A stretch of 64,000 nucleotides of DNA from the human T2T-CHM13v2.0 reference genome, Homo sapiens (GCF_009914755.1 NC_060932.1); one strand, 5' to 3'; shown: positions 1 through 17,089, counted from the first letter of the stretch. The notes: generated by a model not told the origin, from the sequence alone. Numbers and translations: made by a program.

Positions 1-99
1 AGCACTAAAAGAATTAGCCTAATTCACAAACTAATAGAGGGGATAAATAGATTCAGAATAAGAAAAAAAGATATCCCTATAAAAAGAAGGCAAGCTATG

Positions 100-760
100 A
101 GGGAAAAAAAAGGAAAATTGAGACAATGAGAAAGTGCAAATAGGGCAGAAAAAAGTCAAAATTTATAGCAACCAAAATAAAGATAAATGGAATATACCCC
201 CAAGTTAAAATACAATAATTGTAAGCACATAATCTAAAATTCAGTTTTGTGATATTTATAAGGGATTTGGCTAAAATAACAATAAAATTTTGAAAGAAAA
301 AGAAATGGAAAAATATGATTATATTTTAACCAAAAGAAAGTGAATGAAGCTGAATTAATAGGTAAAGTAGACCTTAAGGTTAAAATAATTTTAAAGGCAA
401 TTTTTTAAAAGGTAAGGTTACTTTATTCTTTCATAGAGTCACCCCATAATGAAAAAATCTTTGATTTGCTTGGAAGAAAGAACAATTCTAAACTAAAATT
501 GACATAGTACAAAGATAAATGGAAAAGTCTATAATCAAAAGGGAGAATATATCATATAAGATCCTAGTAAAAGAAGCAGTAAAAAACCAAAATCAGTTAA
601 GTACATGGTAGATTTTGAACAGTAATTAAGAAACTAGATTCAATGACAAAACAAAACATTGCATTGAGCAGTTGGAGAATATACTTAATATCAACCTGTG
701 AGCAAAATATTTAAATGCTAGCTCATAAAGATATTACCATTAGTTACTTGTGAGAAAGGG
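100..760 (+). mobile_element. Ancient L1 (L1M/L1ME-type) fragment, ORF2 endonuclease region
   Basis: A-rich; ~305-385 resembles degenerate ORF2 'WKKIY..NQKKAGVAILISDKVDFK' coding sequence (aaatggaaaaatatg...aaccaaaagaaagtg...aaagtagaccttaag). Boundaries approximate. Confidence 0.6.
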
Positions 761-2007
761 TTAAAATTGAAAAATTCTTAGAGATCTAAATAAAACACCC
801 TAGATAAAAGCTTATTCTTTAGTCTTTGTGCTTTTCTATTTTGTTCCTAAACCTCCAATCTTTGTAGATATTGAAATTATCTTTATTTGAAGGGAAAACC
901 TGCAGAGAATGAGTTTCTGTTTTCCTCATTCTGTGCGTAATTGTATTTCCATTTTTCATGGGCTGGTCAAATAGAGGAAAATTTGCCTACAAGCAAAGCA
1001 GATTGAAAATTCCCATCCAGATGTATCATCAGACAGGCATTAACAAGAGCTTATCATTTTGTCTGGGGCAGACCAAATGTTTAAAGTATTTCTTGAGAAT
1101 GTTCACATGGACATTTAGTCTCCAATGTTATGCTAAATTACTATATTTAAAAAAAAACTTTTCTTTTTTTCTTGTCATGCCCACTTTTTGTTAGGGCTTG
1201 TGAGAATGGTCATATGACCATTCCGTATAGATATTTTAACACAAAATGGTAACTTGTTTATCCTTTGACACATGTTGCATTTGTATGTGGTTCGAGAGAG
1301 AGAGAGTGTTTCTTAGAGAAACGATGGATGGTCACATAACAATGTAATGTAGTGTATTTCATCTTTTATATCAAATATAAACATAAACAGCTTCCGTCAG
1401 ATCCAGGCAACTTGTGTTCTACTCTCAAAAGATATTTTACCTACCAAAATATAGCTTAGCCACTGCAGTTCACTGCTGGAAGCATGGTTCCTGTGAAAAC
1501 AGAGAAATGAGATGTAGTTAAGGGTTAAAAATTATAACTTCTTTTTTTTCTGTAAAACTTCATGATCCTCTATCTGTTGTTTTTCTGAACAACTTCCTGT
1601 CTTTTAAAATTGATATAATTCAGCCCCATTTCCTGGTCTCATTCTCCAATTAACCTTAGAAATGATTTCTGGATCTTGTGTGTTTGTCTGGAATACAAGG
1701 GACAGGCGTCTTCTCAGGCAACTGAATGTAAAACAGTTGAACATAAGCTGCCCTCTCCACTGAGATGTCATGGTCACATGGGCAGGAGCCTCAAAGCTGG
1801 CTCAGAACAGGAATTCCAATGATTGACTATCGGGGCAACTAAATTCCCACTATTAAGTTGCAAGGTTGTAGTGTAAGGTTGTAGCACACGTTTGCAGATA
1901 ACTCAACGCTTCATAGATGCTCGCTGCTTCAGAAAAATCTGTGTGACTGGCAAGTTCTATGTACATGTATTTTGTTTTTGTGTTTGAATCTGTATCAGAG
2001 GATTTGA

Positions 2008-2471
2008 TGTTAAAGGCATCCCCAAATGGCTTCTTTAGTAATGTGAAAATTGATCATACAAATTGAGTCATTTTTGTCATACGCATCTAAAACAGACTCC
2101 AGAGGCCAGCGGGGGAAAGCACTCAGGGCATATAACATTGCTCCAAGAATGTAATTCTGTGTAAGCCTGGCTGCTGAAGCTGCCTGTTGTAACCTGAAAC
2201 CAGTTTTATCTAATAGCTTCTGAAACAAGAGTTTTACCCTTTGCCATCATTTGGAGCTTGTTAGCTCCCTAAAACTTTACTGGTCACAATGAACTTTCTT
2301 GCAAAACAGTATGTAACATTTCTCCTTTTTATAGGACCTCCAACCTTCTCTTTGTGCTTTGGACATACCAAAGACCACCTGGACTGTGTGTATGCCTCAC
2401 ATTGCAATTCTTGCTTCCCATATAAAATGTTTTAAATTTAGAAATTTGAGATACTATATTTGACTTCAACA
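2008..2471 (+). mobile_element. Solo LTR, ERV1/MER4 group (subfamily uncertain, possibly MER67-like)
   Basis: Termini TGTTAAAG...CTTCAACA form an imperfect inverted repeat; internal gaaagcactcagggcatataacattgctccaagaatgtaattc resembles an ERV1 LTR; degenerate polyA signal near the 3' end. Confidence 0.65.
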
Positions 2472-2499
2472 GTAGAAGCATCAATGATGATGTACAGAG

Positions 2500-2660
2500 G
2501 TCAGTTTCTAAAACTTGCATGTGTTTACATGCCATCTGAAGGATCTCATTAAATATGAATTCTGATTCAGGGTGTTTCTGGTGAGGCCAGAGTTTCTGCA
2601 TTTTTAACAAGACTCCACGTGATCCTGTTTGTCCTAGGACCACACTTGGAGTAGCAAGGG
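2500..2660. mobile_element. MER5-type hAT-Charlie DNA transposon relic
   Basis: gaattctgattcagggtg...tttctgcatttttaacaagactccacgtgatcc...ggaccacacttggagtagcaagg matches the MER5 pattern. Confidence 0.7.
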
Positions 2661-2679
2661 CACAGAGTTTTTGCATGTT

Positions 2680-2810
2680 GACATGGAATCCTCCAATAGC
2701 TACATGGAATCGATATGAACCCCCTTTACAGATGAGGAAATAGAGGCTAGGTGAATTTAGCCCATACCGTCATATAGCCTTATGTCCTCTGAGTCAGCAC
2801 TTTTCAACTA
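2680..2810 (-). mobile_element. MIR SINE fragment
   Basis: MIR core cccctttacagatgaggaaatagaggct. Confidence 0.65.
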
Positions 2811-3239
2811 TGCCTCAACTACATTCCTCTTATAATCTCCTTCTTATTCATCTCTTGAATTACTGTTTTCATATATTTGGTTTTCATGTGTAGCAACTGC
2901 TGGCCTTTCCTTAGGAATGTTCAGTCTTCTACATTCTTTTATAAATGGTGATATTTAAGTAATGTGTTAGCACTAAGTTTTGAAAATCTTATGGGCTTGT
3001 AATTTGTCCAGTTGTACAGATATGAAAACCCCACTATATTCAGTATAGCTGATTGCAATGCAGCTTCAAGTTGACAGACTGCAGAACACGGTATGTTCTA
3101 CCAGCATAATGCCAGAAAGTTCATCTATTGATAGGATCTCCTACTGTGGGCAAGTTTGTGATTGCTCATTTATTTTGTAGAAAAAAAAATTCTACCAGAA
3201 GTTTTTAACATGTGTTGCCAGTTAGAAATAAATGTGAAC

Positions 3240-3510
3240 TTTTAAAAACTGCTATGGCTGGGTGCTACCCCCAAAGTCTGACCAATAGTTCTGGGGTTGG
3301 GCTTGGCATTACATGGCTTAAAAGTCTACCAAGTAATTCTTATACGAAATAGGGGCTGAGAAATATTGCTTTAAAAGTACTGATACATAACCACCTATCT
3401 ACCTGCCCCAAACAATTAAATCATAATTTCTGAGTAGGATCCAAATACAAGTATTTTTAAAAAGCTCTTATGTGATTTTAATGTGTAGCATGTGTGAAAA
3501 ACATTCCCAA
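3240..3510. mobile_element. Two adjacent degenerate MER5A1/MER5B-like fragments
   Basis: tttaaaaactgct...ggggctgagaaatattgc followed by ...aattaaatcataatttctg...tttttaaaaagctc...gtgattttaatgtgtagc. Confidence 0.5.
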
Positions 3511-4590
3511 CTGATTTTTCCAGTGAATTCATTATATTTGAGGCTTATGACTTATATTAGTATTGTGGTGAAAAACAGAAGCTATGTTCTTTCTCCTAAG
3601 AAGATTAATGGCAATTATGAGAAAAAGATAGGGGTTTGGCTTTGGTTAAAAATATGACGGGACAACTGAAGCAACAGAGAAGGGCATTTGGAAGATTAGA
3701 TCAGTTTATGCATATTTTAAATCTGGTTTCTAAAAAGAATGTGGGAATTATTTGTCAAATAAATGTCAGATAATTCCATTTGTACTATTTTTAAGGCATT
3801 TTTGTGTTGTGGATCTTTACCATTAGAATTAATAAAATATGAATAATTCTAGGATGGTAAGTTAAAGAAGTTTGGAGATCTTATTGATCAGGTAAATTCA
3901 CTCTGTTAAAAGTATCTTCAACATATTTCCCTGTGTTGATTTTTTTATATGTATAAGGTCATACTGCTTTGTCATGTGAGCTATTTTAACCTCATAGATT
4001 TTAGTTTCTTATCAGTTTCAAAGCCATGTCCTTTAATATAAAAATTATAACAAATTCATGATGTATTATTCCTGGGTAAGATATATTATGACTAAAATTC
4101 ATTGCTCAAACTTATCAAGGTTGTGTTACAGAAAAACTAGGTGGTTATACTTGACAGTACAATAAAGTATCTTCAACTTTCCATATCAAAAGGATCTTCA
4201 AATTTAGAGGCCTGCCTGCCACTTCCATCAGAGAGGTATCAGGCTTTAAGTTTCTCTCTTCACAATTTATTTAGAGAGAAGCACAATACCTGCCTAAGTT
4301 AAGGCAAAATAAAAATATGGGGGGTGAGTTTTCAGGCAGTCAGTGGCTTAGCTTATAAGTATTTCAATCATTATTTTGCATGACCTGAAATCTAACAGCA
4401 GGTGTATTTTAATGCTGCACACTGTCATGATGGTTAGCCGGTGATTATTGAAAAGAAGGCAATAAAGTTTTCTGCCTCATTCAATCTCGCGCCCTTCACC
4501 AAAACCCCTTATTAGAAAGAGGTCTTAATTTTTGTTTATTTTCAAATCATTGAAGCAAGGAGGAGGAAAGGAATTCTTCTAAGTAGTTTT

Positions 4591-4591
<1 letters not shown>

Positions 4592-4625
<34 letters not shown>
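4592..4625. repeat. (TAT)n microsatellite, about 11 units
   Basis: Directly visible tattattattatt... Confidence 0.95.
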
Positions 4626-4926
4626 GTGATTTTTGCCTAAATGTAGATCTCACAATGATATTGCCTTATCACCAATAGGTGCTGACAAAAAAGATCAAAG
4701 GATTAATAAGAAAATATGCTGGGCCTTTGTGATGGACCATGAGATGCTAACGTCCCTGAGAGTTTTGTGCCATTCTGACAGATGTTTTTCCTCAATTCTT
4801 GCCAACTTCTTCTACTTCCTCCTACTCTATGATGAAACCATACTGAATTTCTTTCAGTTCTTGCAGTGAGGTTATATCCTTTATGACCTCTGAACTTTTG
4901 CACACATTGCTCCCTTTGCCCAGATC

Positions 4927-5402
4927 AGGAATTCTCAAGCTGTTTGTTCTTAGGATTCCTTTATACTCATAAAGATTATTGAGAACTCCAAAAAGCCTTT
5001 GTTGACATAGGCTATATGTCTACCACATTGGAAATTAAATATCCGAAACTTTAATAATTTCTGATATAACAACATGAACCTATTGTGTTATTACAAATAA
5101 CATTTTTATGAAGGGCAAACTATATATTTCAAAATAAAACAATTCAGAAGGGTACCATTGTTTCGTATCTTCAAATTTCTTCAATGTCTGCGTTAATAGA
5201 AGATACATGAATTGTTCCTTCTGCTTCTGCAACCTTTTGTAATATATTGATTTGGTTGAAGGATCTGTATAAAATCCAGCCTCAAAACAATATGTTGTTG
5301 GAAAAGGAAGATGCATTTTAGTAGCCTTTTCAGATAATTGTGAATATTGTTCTTTGTTTTTGCACCATAATTCAACAAGTAATTTCTTAAAGCTCAGTTG
5401 TG
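4927..5402. mobile_element. Charlie1-family hAT DNA transposon fragment
   Basis: Start resembles the Charlie1 terminus (...ctttatactcataaagattattgagaactccaaaaagcctttgtt...); internal ttaatagaagatac...aaatccagcctc...gttggaaaaggaag...gccttttcagataattgtg. Confidence 0.75.
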
Positions 5403-5404
5403 CT

Positions 5405-5822
5405 GTGATTTAAGACCACTTCATAATCACATCTAGCCACAGAAAAATGCAAGATTGTTGCCCAAACCACAAAAACAACCTAACATCCCATTTCGTGGCT
5501 ACTGTGAGCAGAAACTGCTTCTTCACCAATTATAGCTTTAGCCTCACTTAATTCTTCCCACCTTCTAGATAAAACTTAAGATAATTAGAAATTTATGCTA
5601 ATTTCCTGGAGAAAATAAAGCAAGCCCTCCTTCCACAGACCTCACCCCAGATCACCTAACACAAGCCAAAACCCTGTTTTGAATATTTTCTAAACCTCTC
5701 TCGCTGAGATGCCCAATGGTTCTCCATAGTGTGTGTGCTCTCTTATGCAACATTAGTCAATCATGACAACTTTTTTTGACCACGGGCGTATCTCTGGTGA
5801 TCTTGGGCTGGAGGAAACCAAT
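5405..5822 (+). mobile_element. MER31-like ERV1 LTR
   Basis: tcacctaacacaagccaaaaccc...gctgagatgcccaatggttctccatagtgtgtgtg...ctggtgatcttgggctggagg, typical of the MER31 3' half. Confidence 0.6.
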
Positions 5823-5884
5823 AATAGTTTTTGATGGCCTTCTCTAAGTGGGTATTTGTAGAGTATATTTTGGCAGGTATATAA

Positions 5885-6313
<429 letters not shown>

Positions 6314-6584
6314 TGGTCTCCTTTTTAGAATACTGTGATACCAAGTAATCAATATTAAAAATGTTGTTGAATTATAATATTTGCATTGGGGCTTGGTTAA
6401 TCTTGGAATTGTCAATGCTATTTTGAGTTTTTAAATGCTTACGATAATTTGATACATCAGATAACTTTATATATTTTAGTAAATGGAGTCCTTTATATAC
6501 ATAAAGATTATGTACATAAAGACCTTGTATTAAAACCTTCCATTGACATAAATATAAAGATGGGCTTTACCAAAAAAGTTTTCT

Positions 6585-6790
6585 GAAGCCAGACTGCCTG
6601 GGTTCAAATCTCAGCTCTACTGCTTATTAATTGTGTGATCAGGTACACTTATTTATGCTTTCTGTGTCTCAGCTTTCTCATCTATAGAATAGGGTGGATA
6701 ACAGTACCATCCTCATAAGGATTTAAAGAGTTAGTATTTGTCTTCATTTTGAATAGCGTACAGCACATTATGTATGTGTATTAAGTAAAA
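6585..6790 (+). mobile_element. MIR SINE
   Basis: gccagactgcctgggttcaaatctcagctct...tctcagctttctcatctatagaataggg. Confidence 0.8.
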
Positions 6791-6875
6791 AAAATAATTT
6801 CTTAAGAACAGAACTAGGACTGTGCATATCTTCTTAAACCTTAGTTTAACTGCATTGGCTTAATTAAAGAAAAAC

Positions 6876-9676
<2,801 letters not shown>

Positions 9677-10789
9677 AAAGAAAAACAATGCAAGTATAAG
9701 CTGATGAAACTTTGTTTACAATTCTTTAAAGTTGTTTTGTCTGATTGTCACAATAAAACAGTGATGTGACTGGTAGAAAGATACATCTACAATTAAGCAT
9801 TATAAAGGCTTTTTATAAATGGCAAATAAGGAAAGTTAAAGGTACAATTACATAAAGAGACAATAACAGGTTTTCTCAGAGAGTCATAAAAACATGACAT
9901 ATTTAATGCTTGGGAAGATCTGAGTCTTTGCATTATAATTAGCTAAGCTCTTCTATATTAATAATATGTACTGTATCTCGATCAATATTGGAGGACATAG
10001 AAAAGTAATGTGATTTACAATTGAAATTTTGTTATAATCTAAATGTGCTAGTTTTTCATTAGCACAATTTTAACAATTACAACAAACACTTAGAAAATGC
10101 AGTAAAAATGACAGGAACCCCCAGCAATTATTTCACATGAACTTTTGTGGTAAAACCTATACATATAGCTATGTCAGTGGATCATCGCTGTCTTGTAACA
10201 TTTTATGAAAATTTGAAAGAAGTAACTGACACACTTCAGCATACTGACCTTTCCTATCAGTAGCCTGGAAGTCCAATCTAGTCATTTGATCTGGGCTTCA
10301 AAATATAACAGATGGCATCTTAATCAAACATTTTTTTCTATTTAAACTAGCAAGAATTGAAATTTTCTCAATTAATGCAAGAAAACCTTGATGTTTCTCA
10401 TTTAAACTTCAGTTATTTTCACATTTTAGCATTTGCTGCATGTGATACCCCACTTCAACAAGGACCAATTTCTTTATCATTCAGGATTCTCAGTGACAAA
10501 TGATAGAGGATGACCCTGGTCAACATACTTTTAAAAGAGGGGGTGAGGTTATGGGAGAATCCCTGTGGTAACCCATAGAATCAAAAGAAGAGTGGGACAA
10601 TTTAGCTTTGGGGAAGCGGAGAATTAGCTGGAATTTGTGAATTTTCTCTCTAGCGTTCTGATATGTTGATGACTTGGCTCCAAAAATTTTTCATTAATTA
10701 CCTAAGCCCAGCTCTACTTGCCAAAAACACCCTTTAGATTTCTCAGAAGCTTCTTCAAAACTCAATGATTCTACGTAGTCTGAAAACCC

Positions 10790-10850
10790 TATTCATTTTA
10801 CAGTTGAGAAAACGGATCCAGAGAGGTTAAATAACTTGATTAAAGTAAAT
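10790..10850 (-). mobile_element. MIR core fragment
   Basis: cattttacagttgagaaaacggatccagagaggttaaataacttg. Confidence 0.6.
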
Positions 10851-11234
10851 ATAATAAACCTTCTTTGACACAGGTAAATAAACCTTCTTGAATGGTTCTA
10901 AGAGTAAATTAACTTTGAAAGCATTCCTAAGAGTAAATGTGATTAAAGTGACATTTTAATAGGGTACGTGTCAGCTCCTTTGTTGTATCATTGACTGTGG
11001 CACCATGGTCTTTGCGTCCTTTAAAAAATATTTTTCTCAGTCTTTCTCCTGTTTAATACCAAGATTATGTGTCAATTGTTACTTAGACTTAACCAGTAAC
11101 ACTGCAAATACATTTGAGAAAGACTGTTTAGATATGACAACATAGAAATGTGATTACCCAAAGGTATCCCAATACTTTTCCTCTAGTGGCTTGCTAAAAC
11201 TGGATTGCTCTGAAAAAATTTGCTCTTTGGAACT

Positions 11235-11600
11235 TCATTCATTTATCCAGTACAGACTTATTGCACATGTGCTGTGTGTAAGGTACATAGCTATTGGGGT
11301 TGCATCAGTGAACGAAACATAAAATAAATATAAAATATTTGCAGCTTTATGGAAATTTCATTTTAGTTTGAGAAAGCAGACAATAAATGATAAATATACA
11401 ATCTAGGTAAACTATATAGTGTATTAGCTGACACTAAGCACCGTAGGGAAGAGGGTAGAAGAAGGGTTAAGAATTGGAAAGCCTGGTTGAAATTTTAAAT
11501 AGAGTGGTAGGGGAAGTCCTCACTGAGAAGATGACATTTGAACAAAGACTGAAAGGAGGTAAGGAACTCTTTCATGTGAGTATCCAGAAGAACATTAGAC
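11235..11600 (-). mobile_element. L2a 3' fragment
   Basis: ttcattcattt 3' end; gaagtcctcactgagaagatgacatttgaacaaagactgaaagg is an L2 hallmark. Confidence 0.75.
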
Positions 11601-11624
11601 TTGACTTTGGGTTTTCTTTGGATT

Positions 11625-12385
11625 TTTAAAATCAATTTTATTGAAGGATAATTTACATACAGCAAAATGCACCCATGGTAACTGTAGAGGTTGATGATTT
11701 TTGACAAATATATATTCCATGTTACTGCCATCAGCAACAAAATATAAAACATTTTCAACACCTCCAAAGCTTTCTTTATGCCCTCTCCTAATCAGTCCCT
11801 ATGCTTCACCACTAGCCCCAGGTATTTACTGATTTGCTTTCTATACCTATACTTTGATTTATCTTTCTAGAATTTTAGATAAATAAAATTATATGTATTT
11901 CTTTGCATCTGTCTTCTTTTGCTTAGCATACCTTTTGGTTCATCTTTTTGTTGTGTACCTCAGCAATTCACTGCTTTTCACTGCTGTGTAATTTTCCATT
12001 GCATAAAAATATCTAGTTTGTATTTCCATTCATTTGTTAATGTACATTCAGTTTGTTCCCAGTTTTCTGCTTTTTCACTATTACATACAAAACTGCTATA
12101 AACATTTAAGACAAGATTTTGTATAGACATGTATTTTTATTTATCTTGTAGATCTTTGGGAAAACATATATTTTTAGATCATACGTAAATTTACTTTCCA
12201 CTTTTAAGAAACCGTCAAACCACTCCCAAAGTGTTGGCAACATTTTACACTTCCATGATCAGGGTATATGAGTGTTCCAATAGCTCCATGTCTTGCTAAC
12301 ATTAGGCAATGTCAACTTTTTAAAATTTTAGTAATTCTAGTAGGTTTGTAGTGGTATCTCATTGTGGTTTTAATTGTATTTTCTT
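11625..12385 (-). mobile_element. Old L1 3' end (L1MB/L1ME class)
   Basis: ttttattgaaggataatttacatacagcaaaatgcaccc...gtagtggtatctcattgtggttttaattg. Confidence 0.8.
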
Positions 12386-12389
12386 TATT

Positions 12390-12436
<47 letters not shown>

Positions 12437-12515
12437 ATATATCCAGGCTATACACATAGGGTATATATGTATAGTCTCTCTCGCTATATACATATATATA
12501 TATATATATATATCC
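12390..12515. repeat. Compound (TA)n(CA)n microsatellite plus a second (TA)n tract
   Basis: Directly visible dinucleotide runs. Confidence 0.9.
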
Positions 12516-13006
12516 TCTCTCTGTGTATATAGGTTATTGTTTCCTAGTCTGCAACTTGACATGTAATATAATGTAGATGACTGAGGTTTCCAAATTTAAG
12601 GAAGACATGAAATAATTTAGATAAAGCAGGAAATGCTAAATGCAGATGTGAAAGAACTGAATTTTGTGTCAATAATTTTGGTTAACCCAGGGCTATTTCT
12701 GACATTAAAGTAACTCTTTTCTTCACCATCTAGCACTTGTTTATATTTTTTCATGGAAATTTTCCTTGGTTTTTCATGTATAGAAGTTTTCTTATCTACA
12801 TAATAAGTATCTCTTTCCCTAGCCTAGATATGTTGTCTTTTCTTCACTAGACTGTGTTTATTGTGTTTTTCTTCAGTGTTGCCCAGAGCAGCTCTGATTC
12901 ACTAGATATTTAAAAGTATATTCGTTCATTAACTGAACTTGAATTCCAAAGGCTAGTTTTGAAACTCTTTGGTGGTTTGGTAATTATTTCGGTGGTTTTC
13001 CTCATG

Positions 13007-13537
13007 TGTATTAGTCAGGGTTTTCCAGAGAAATGGAACAGGATATATTTATTTATTATAAGGAATTGGCTCATATGATTATGGAGGAGTATAAACCCCA
13101 AGATCTGCATTCAGCAACTCAGAGACCCAAGAGAGCTGATGATGTAGTTTCAGTTCGAGTTTGAAAGCCTGAGAACCAAGAGAGCCAGTGGTGTAAGTTC
13201 TAGTCCAAAACCCAGTTTGGTTCGGGACCCTAGAAAAGCCTATGTTTCATTCTGGGTTCAAAGGCAAAAAAAGACTGATGTTTTAGCTCAAAGGCAGTCA
13301 GGCAGGAGGAATTTCCTCTTACTCATCGGGGGAGCTAGCCTATTTTTTCTATTTAGGCCTTCAACTGATTAGATAAGGGCCACCCACTTCAGGGAGAACA
13401 ATCTGCTGTATTCAGTCTACCAGTTCATATGTCAATCTCATCCAAAAACATCATCACAGACACACCCAGAATAATGTTTGACCAACTATCTGAGCACCTG
13501 AGGCCCACTAAGTTGACAGATAAATTTAATTATCATA
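13007..13537 (-). mobile_element. MLT2B/MLT2C-type ERVL solo LTR
   Basis: tgtattagtcagggttttccagaga...acagacacacccagaataatgtttgacc...aagttgac...ttatcata; flanks TCATG/TTGTG are compatible with a decayed TCGTG TSD. Confidence 0.85.
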
Positions 13538-16018
13538 TTGTGTAGAAGGGGAACTAAGTACAATAAAAAATCCTTCTAAATTTTGGTCAGTGCATGGCTG
13601 ACCCAAGTAGGTAACTTTCAATTAATGAGGAGACATAAAAACATGTAAACATATAATATTTGTTACCTACATATATATATTTTTGCTCACTAGATACTTG
13701 ATATGAATAAGTACCCATTTGTATTATAAACAGGTTTTCATTGATGCTGTTACTACTTTTTAATGAAGGGTGTTTTAGAAGTATATTATTTACTATGCTT
13801 TCTAGATAGCTTAAAATATTCAGATGCCAGTTAATAAGCACCTGAAAGTGGCAGAAGTTATATTCCTCATGCAGTCACCGGATTCCTAACATTCCCTAAG
13901 TTTTGCAGGGCTTAAAACAGATATTTAGAGAAAGTAGAAAGTCATGTATTTCCAGTTTCCATGAGGTACCATGCTGAGGTCCAAAACCTAATTCTCACTG
14001 GTATGCTGAGGACTAAAAATCGTATTCTCAGCTACAAAAACTCTAGTTGGGAGTATATAAAAAATATGTCTCTTTCTTGTACAGCTAGGGACTTGGCATG
14101 AACCTGAGGTTGTTTCAGAAGCACTTCTTGCTTTGGCTTTCCAGGGATTCAAAATGATGGTCTAGGGTCAGCTCTATGGGATGCCTATGCAAGACATCTC
14201 TGTCTAAACTCGCTACACCTGCCAGAGACACTGGCCCTTGTTAACAGAATGGGAAGCAGCATTGCCTAATGGGATGGAAGCACATGGAAGTTTCAAAAGC
14301 TAGTAACTTTGTAGGTGGCATTTGTAAACAACCTTGCCTCCAGTGTTGCTGATAGAATAGTATGCCCTTTTGGAATAGCTTCAGATTGCCAAACAAGGAA
14401 CAGTTGGATATACATGAAGACTAACCCGTCAGGATATGGTTTCATCCTACAAATATTCCAGTTCCTTGGCACTGGCTTCAATGCTGTGGGAGGAGTCCAC
14501 TTGGTCCATCATGTCACAGCTTTCTTTTAACGTGACAGTGTCTTTATTGTACCAGGCAGATAAAACCCAAAAGGGATTCATTTATTCATTTGGATTTAGG
14601 CTTTGAGATGGGAATTGGGTTAAATTGTGTTCCCAGCTCATGTTCTACATATCAAATTCTTGAGCCAAATAAAAACACCAATCCCCTCAAGGTTGACATA
14701 CACTGGGTTTTACTTCACTTGGCGATACTGGATTTTTGAACAAGGAACATGTCCCTACGTGCCAGTTATGGTTGAATTTTCATTTCAAGCTGTAGGGGAA
14801 ATCTCAGCAGCATGAGAACATTTGGCGAGACCATCAGCATTTATATCAGAATGTAGGTCCTATTCGATTTTTTTTGTAAGATGGATACTTGTTCCTTAGG
14901 ATTTTTCTCCTTGGAGATCATATGGTTGAATGATTTTCTTCCTTTAATAAAATACTTTCAACCAGAGAATTTTTATTCCTTAAGCCAGGTGGATTCCAGT
15001 GATATTTATCTAGCCCTCACTGGTATCAGTTGTTCACATTAATTCAATTTACTTGGAGCTCTGGCAATTTTCTAAAAGAAAGGAATTTTTTTCTGGGGAG
15101 ATTTTCACATGATAATCTTTCTGCTTAGCATATATTATATATATATATATATATATTCCTAAATTTAGATAAACAATTTAAAATCTTCATTTCCGTCTTA
15201 TTAATATTTATTACTTTATTAGATTTATAAATTGTCTTTGTGGACAAATAGATTGGAAATTTGGGATTGTCTCACTTTTTTTGAAGAATTGCGCATCACT
15301 GAAAGTTCCATATCACTAATGTGTGCTTTAATTCATTTTTGTGTCCCCATTTAATATATAAACAATGCTGTGTTCAGTTTTCATTTGATTATAATTATAA
15401 CATTTTGATCATCATGAAAGCACTCTTAATGCTGCCATTCTAATGTTCATATATTACTGTATCAAAGATAGGCATAGAAAATATAGTATACACTTTTCCA
15501 CTTAAAGTGTGTATTTAGAACTGACTACTGGTGGTACTACAGGCATTTTTCACAGCTTGTTTTCTTTCTGGGAATTACAAAGTTAGTTTTGGGAGCTGGA
15601 CAAGTTACTAAGAATTCTGAGAATCTGGATTCTAAAAGTAGTGTATCAGTTCAGAGGTCAGGTGATTTGGCCAGTGAAAGGGCAAGGCTGGGACAAGTGA
15701 TCATTAGTCATGCTGTCAGAGAACCATTTCTTTCTCCTGCAATAGGCAGCATGGAGAACAGCTTCTTTTCATCCACCTAGTCCCATTCCATCTCCTTAGT
15801 GAACATCTGCTGTAGGGACCTGCAGTCTCTGTTTATGGCAAGGACTTTCTGAATATTGGTAAGACTGGGTGCTATTCATCTCTCTCTACTGCTGGAAAGA
15901 ATGGCTATGTTTGTTTAAAAGTTACTTCAGTGTCTTTATTTCTAAGAGATGAAGTTTCCTTCTCAAAAGCCTGTCTTCAACTATTGCATTTATGGTGATC
16001 ATAAAATTGAATTACAAT

Positions 16019-16148
16019 TTTGGCAATCATAAATTTTACCAAAGTGGGACACTTATGAGAGTGAAAAGGGTGCTATTAATAATGGCACTGGGAGATAGCT
16101 GTAAAGTATGACTGTCCCAGGCAAATGAGAATGAAAGTTCATCCTAGT
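16019..16148. mobile_element. MER94 (hAT-Blackjack) relic
   Basis: gggacacttatgagagtgaaaagggtgctattaataat...gactgtcccaggcaaa...catccta. Confidence 0.7.
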
Positions 16149-16544
16149 TATAATGGTGTGGAAATCGTTTCATTCAGGATGTCTCTAGTGAGACTGATGG
16201 ACAAGGGAAGGGATGTGCGATGTCACAAGGTAAACCAGGTGATGAATCAATGCCGTGCATGTACAAGGACATTAGAAATCATAGGCTGCCAGGACCAACA
16301 CAAGAGGGAAGAACTGCATCATTGTTACGGATCACCTATATGAGATTGTTTAAGTATGCCAGAATCTGTTCAATTTTGTAATTTACGTATCTGCTGTCCT
16401 CAGCTGAAGTACTTGAGGGCAAGTTCTGGGGATGGGAGTCACCTGACAGCTTATCAGTTGCCAGTACTACTCTAAGCAGCTGGAGGAATGGGGTGTTTCT
16501 TTCATATGTGGGGATCGGGGTGGGCACCACAGCATTCACTAGAA

Positions 16545-16727
16545 TATTCGTTCTCAACCTTTACTGCATATTAGAGTCTCCTGAGGAGCTCTGCACACTT
16601 CCAAAGCCTAGCCTGCACTCCAGATCAATTTAATCATGATTTCTGGGAGTGGGGCCCAGAGGTCAGTGTTTTTTAAAATCCTCCAAATGATTCCAATGAG
16701 CAGCCACAGCTAAGTTTGAGAAATATC
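16545..16727. mobile_element. MER5A/MER5A1 hAT relic
   Basis: gttctcaacc...ttagagtctcctgaggagct...atttctgggagtggggccc...tgattccaatgagcagcc...tttgagaa. Confidence 0.75.
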
Positions 16728-16764
16728 ATATTTTATTATCCTTGTTCACTTATCCAGGTATTTT

Positions 16765-17071
16765 TTTATTATACCCTAAGTTCTGGGATACATGTGCAGA
16801 AAGTGCAGGTTTGTTACATAGGTATACATGTGCCATGGTGGTTTGCTGCACCCATCAACCAGTCATCTACATTAGGTATTTGTGCTAATGCTCTCCCTCC
16901 CCTTGCCCCCCACCCTCCTACAGGCCCCAGTGTGTGATGTTCCCCTCCCTGTGCCCATATGTTCTCATTGTTCAACTCCCACTTGTAAGAACATGCGGTG
17001 TTTGGTTTTCTGTTCTTGTGTTAGTTTGCTGAGAATGATGGTTTCCAACTTCATTTATGTCCCCGCAAAGA
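16765..17071 (-). mobile_element. Short L1PA7/8-like 3' end insertion
   Basis: L1PA 3' UTR antisense; 17-bp TSD ACTTATCCAGGTATTTT at 16748-16764 and 17072-17088. Confidence 0.93.
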
Positions 17072-17089
17072 ACTTATCCAGGTATTTTA

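Noticed and set aside
1898-1955. Possible small exon (tttgcag|...|gcaagt)
   Set aside because: Weak pyrimidine tract, non-canonical GC donor, unrecognised peptide.
13971-14035. Imperfect ~32-bp direct repeat (atgctgagg...attctca)
   Set aside because: Only two degenerate copies; an ordinary local duplication, not an array.
14150-15100. Non-repeat-looking stretch with short ORFs, considered as a processed pseudogene or Gypsy pol relic (NADGLAK on - strand)
   Set aside because: No recognisable protein in the frames I translated, and no polyA or TSD. A blastx/Dfam search would be needed.
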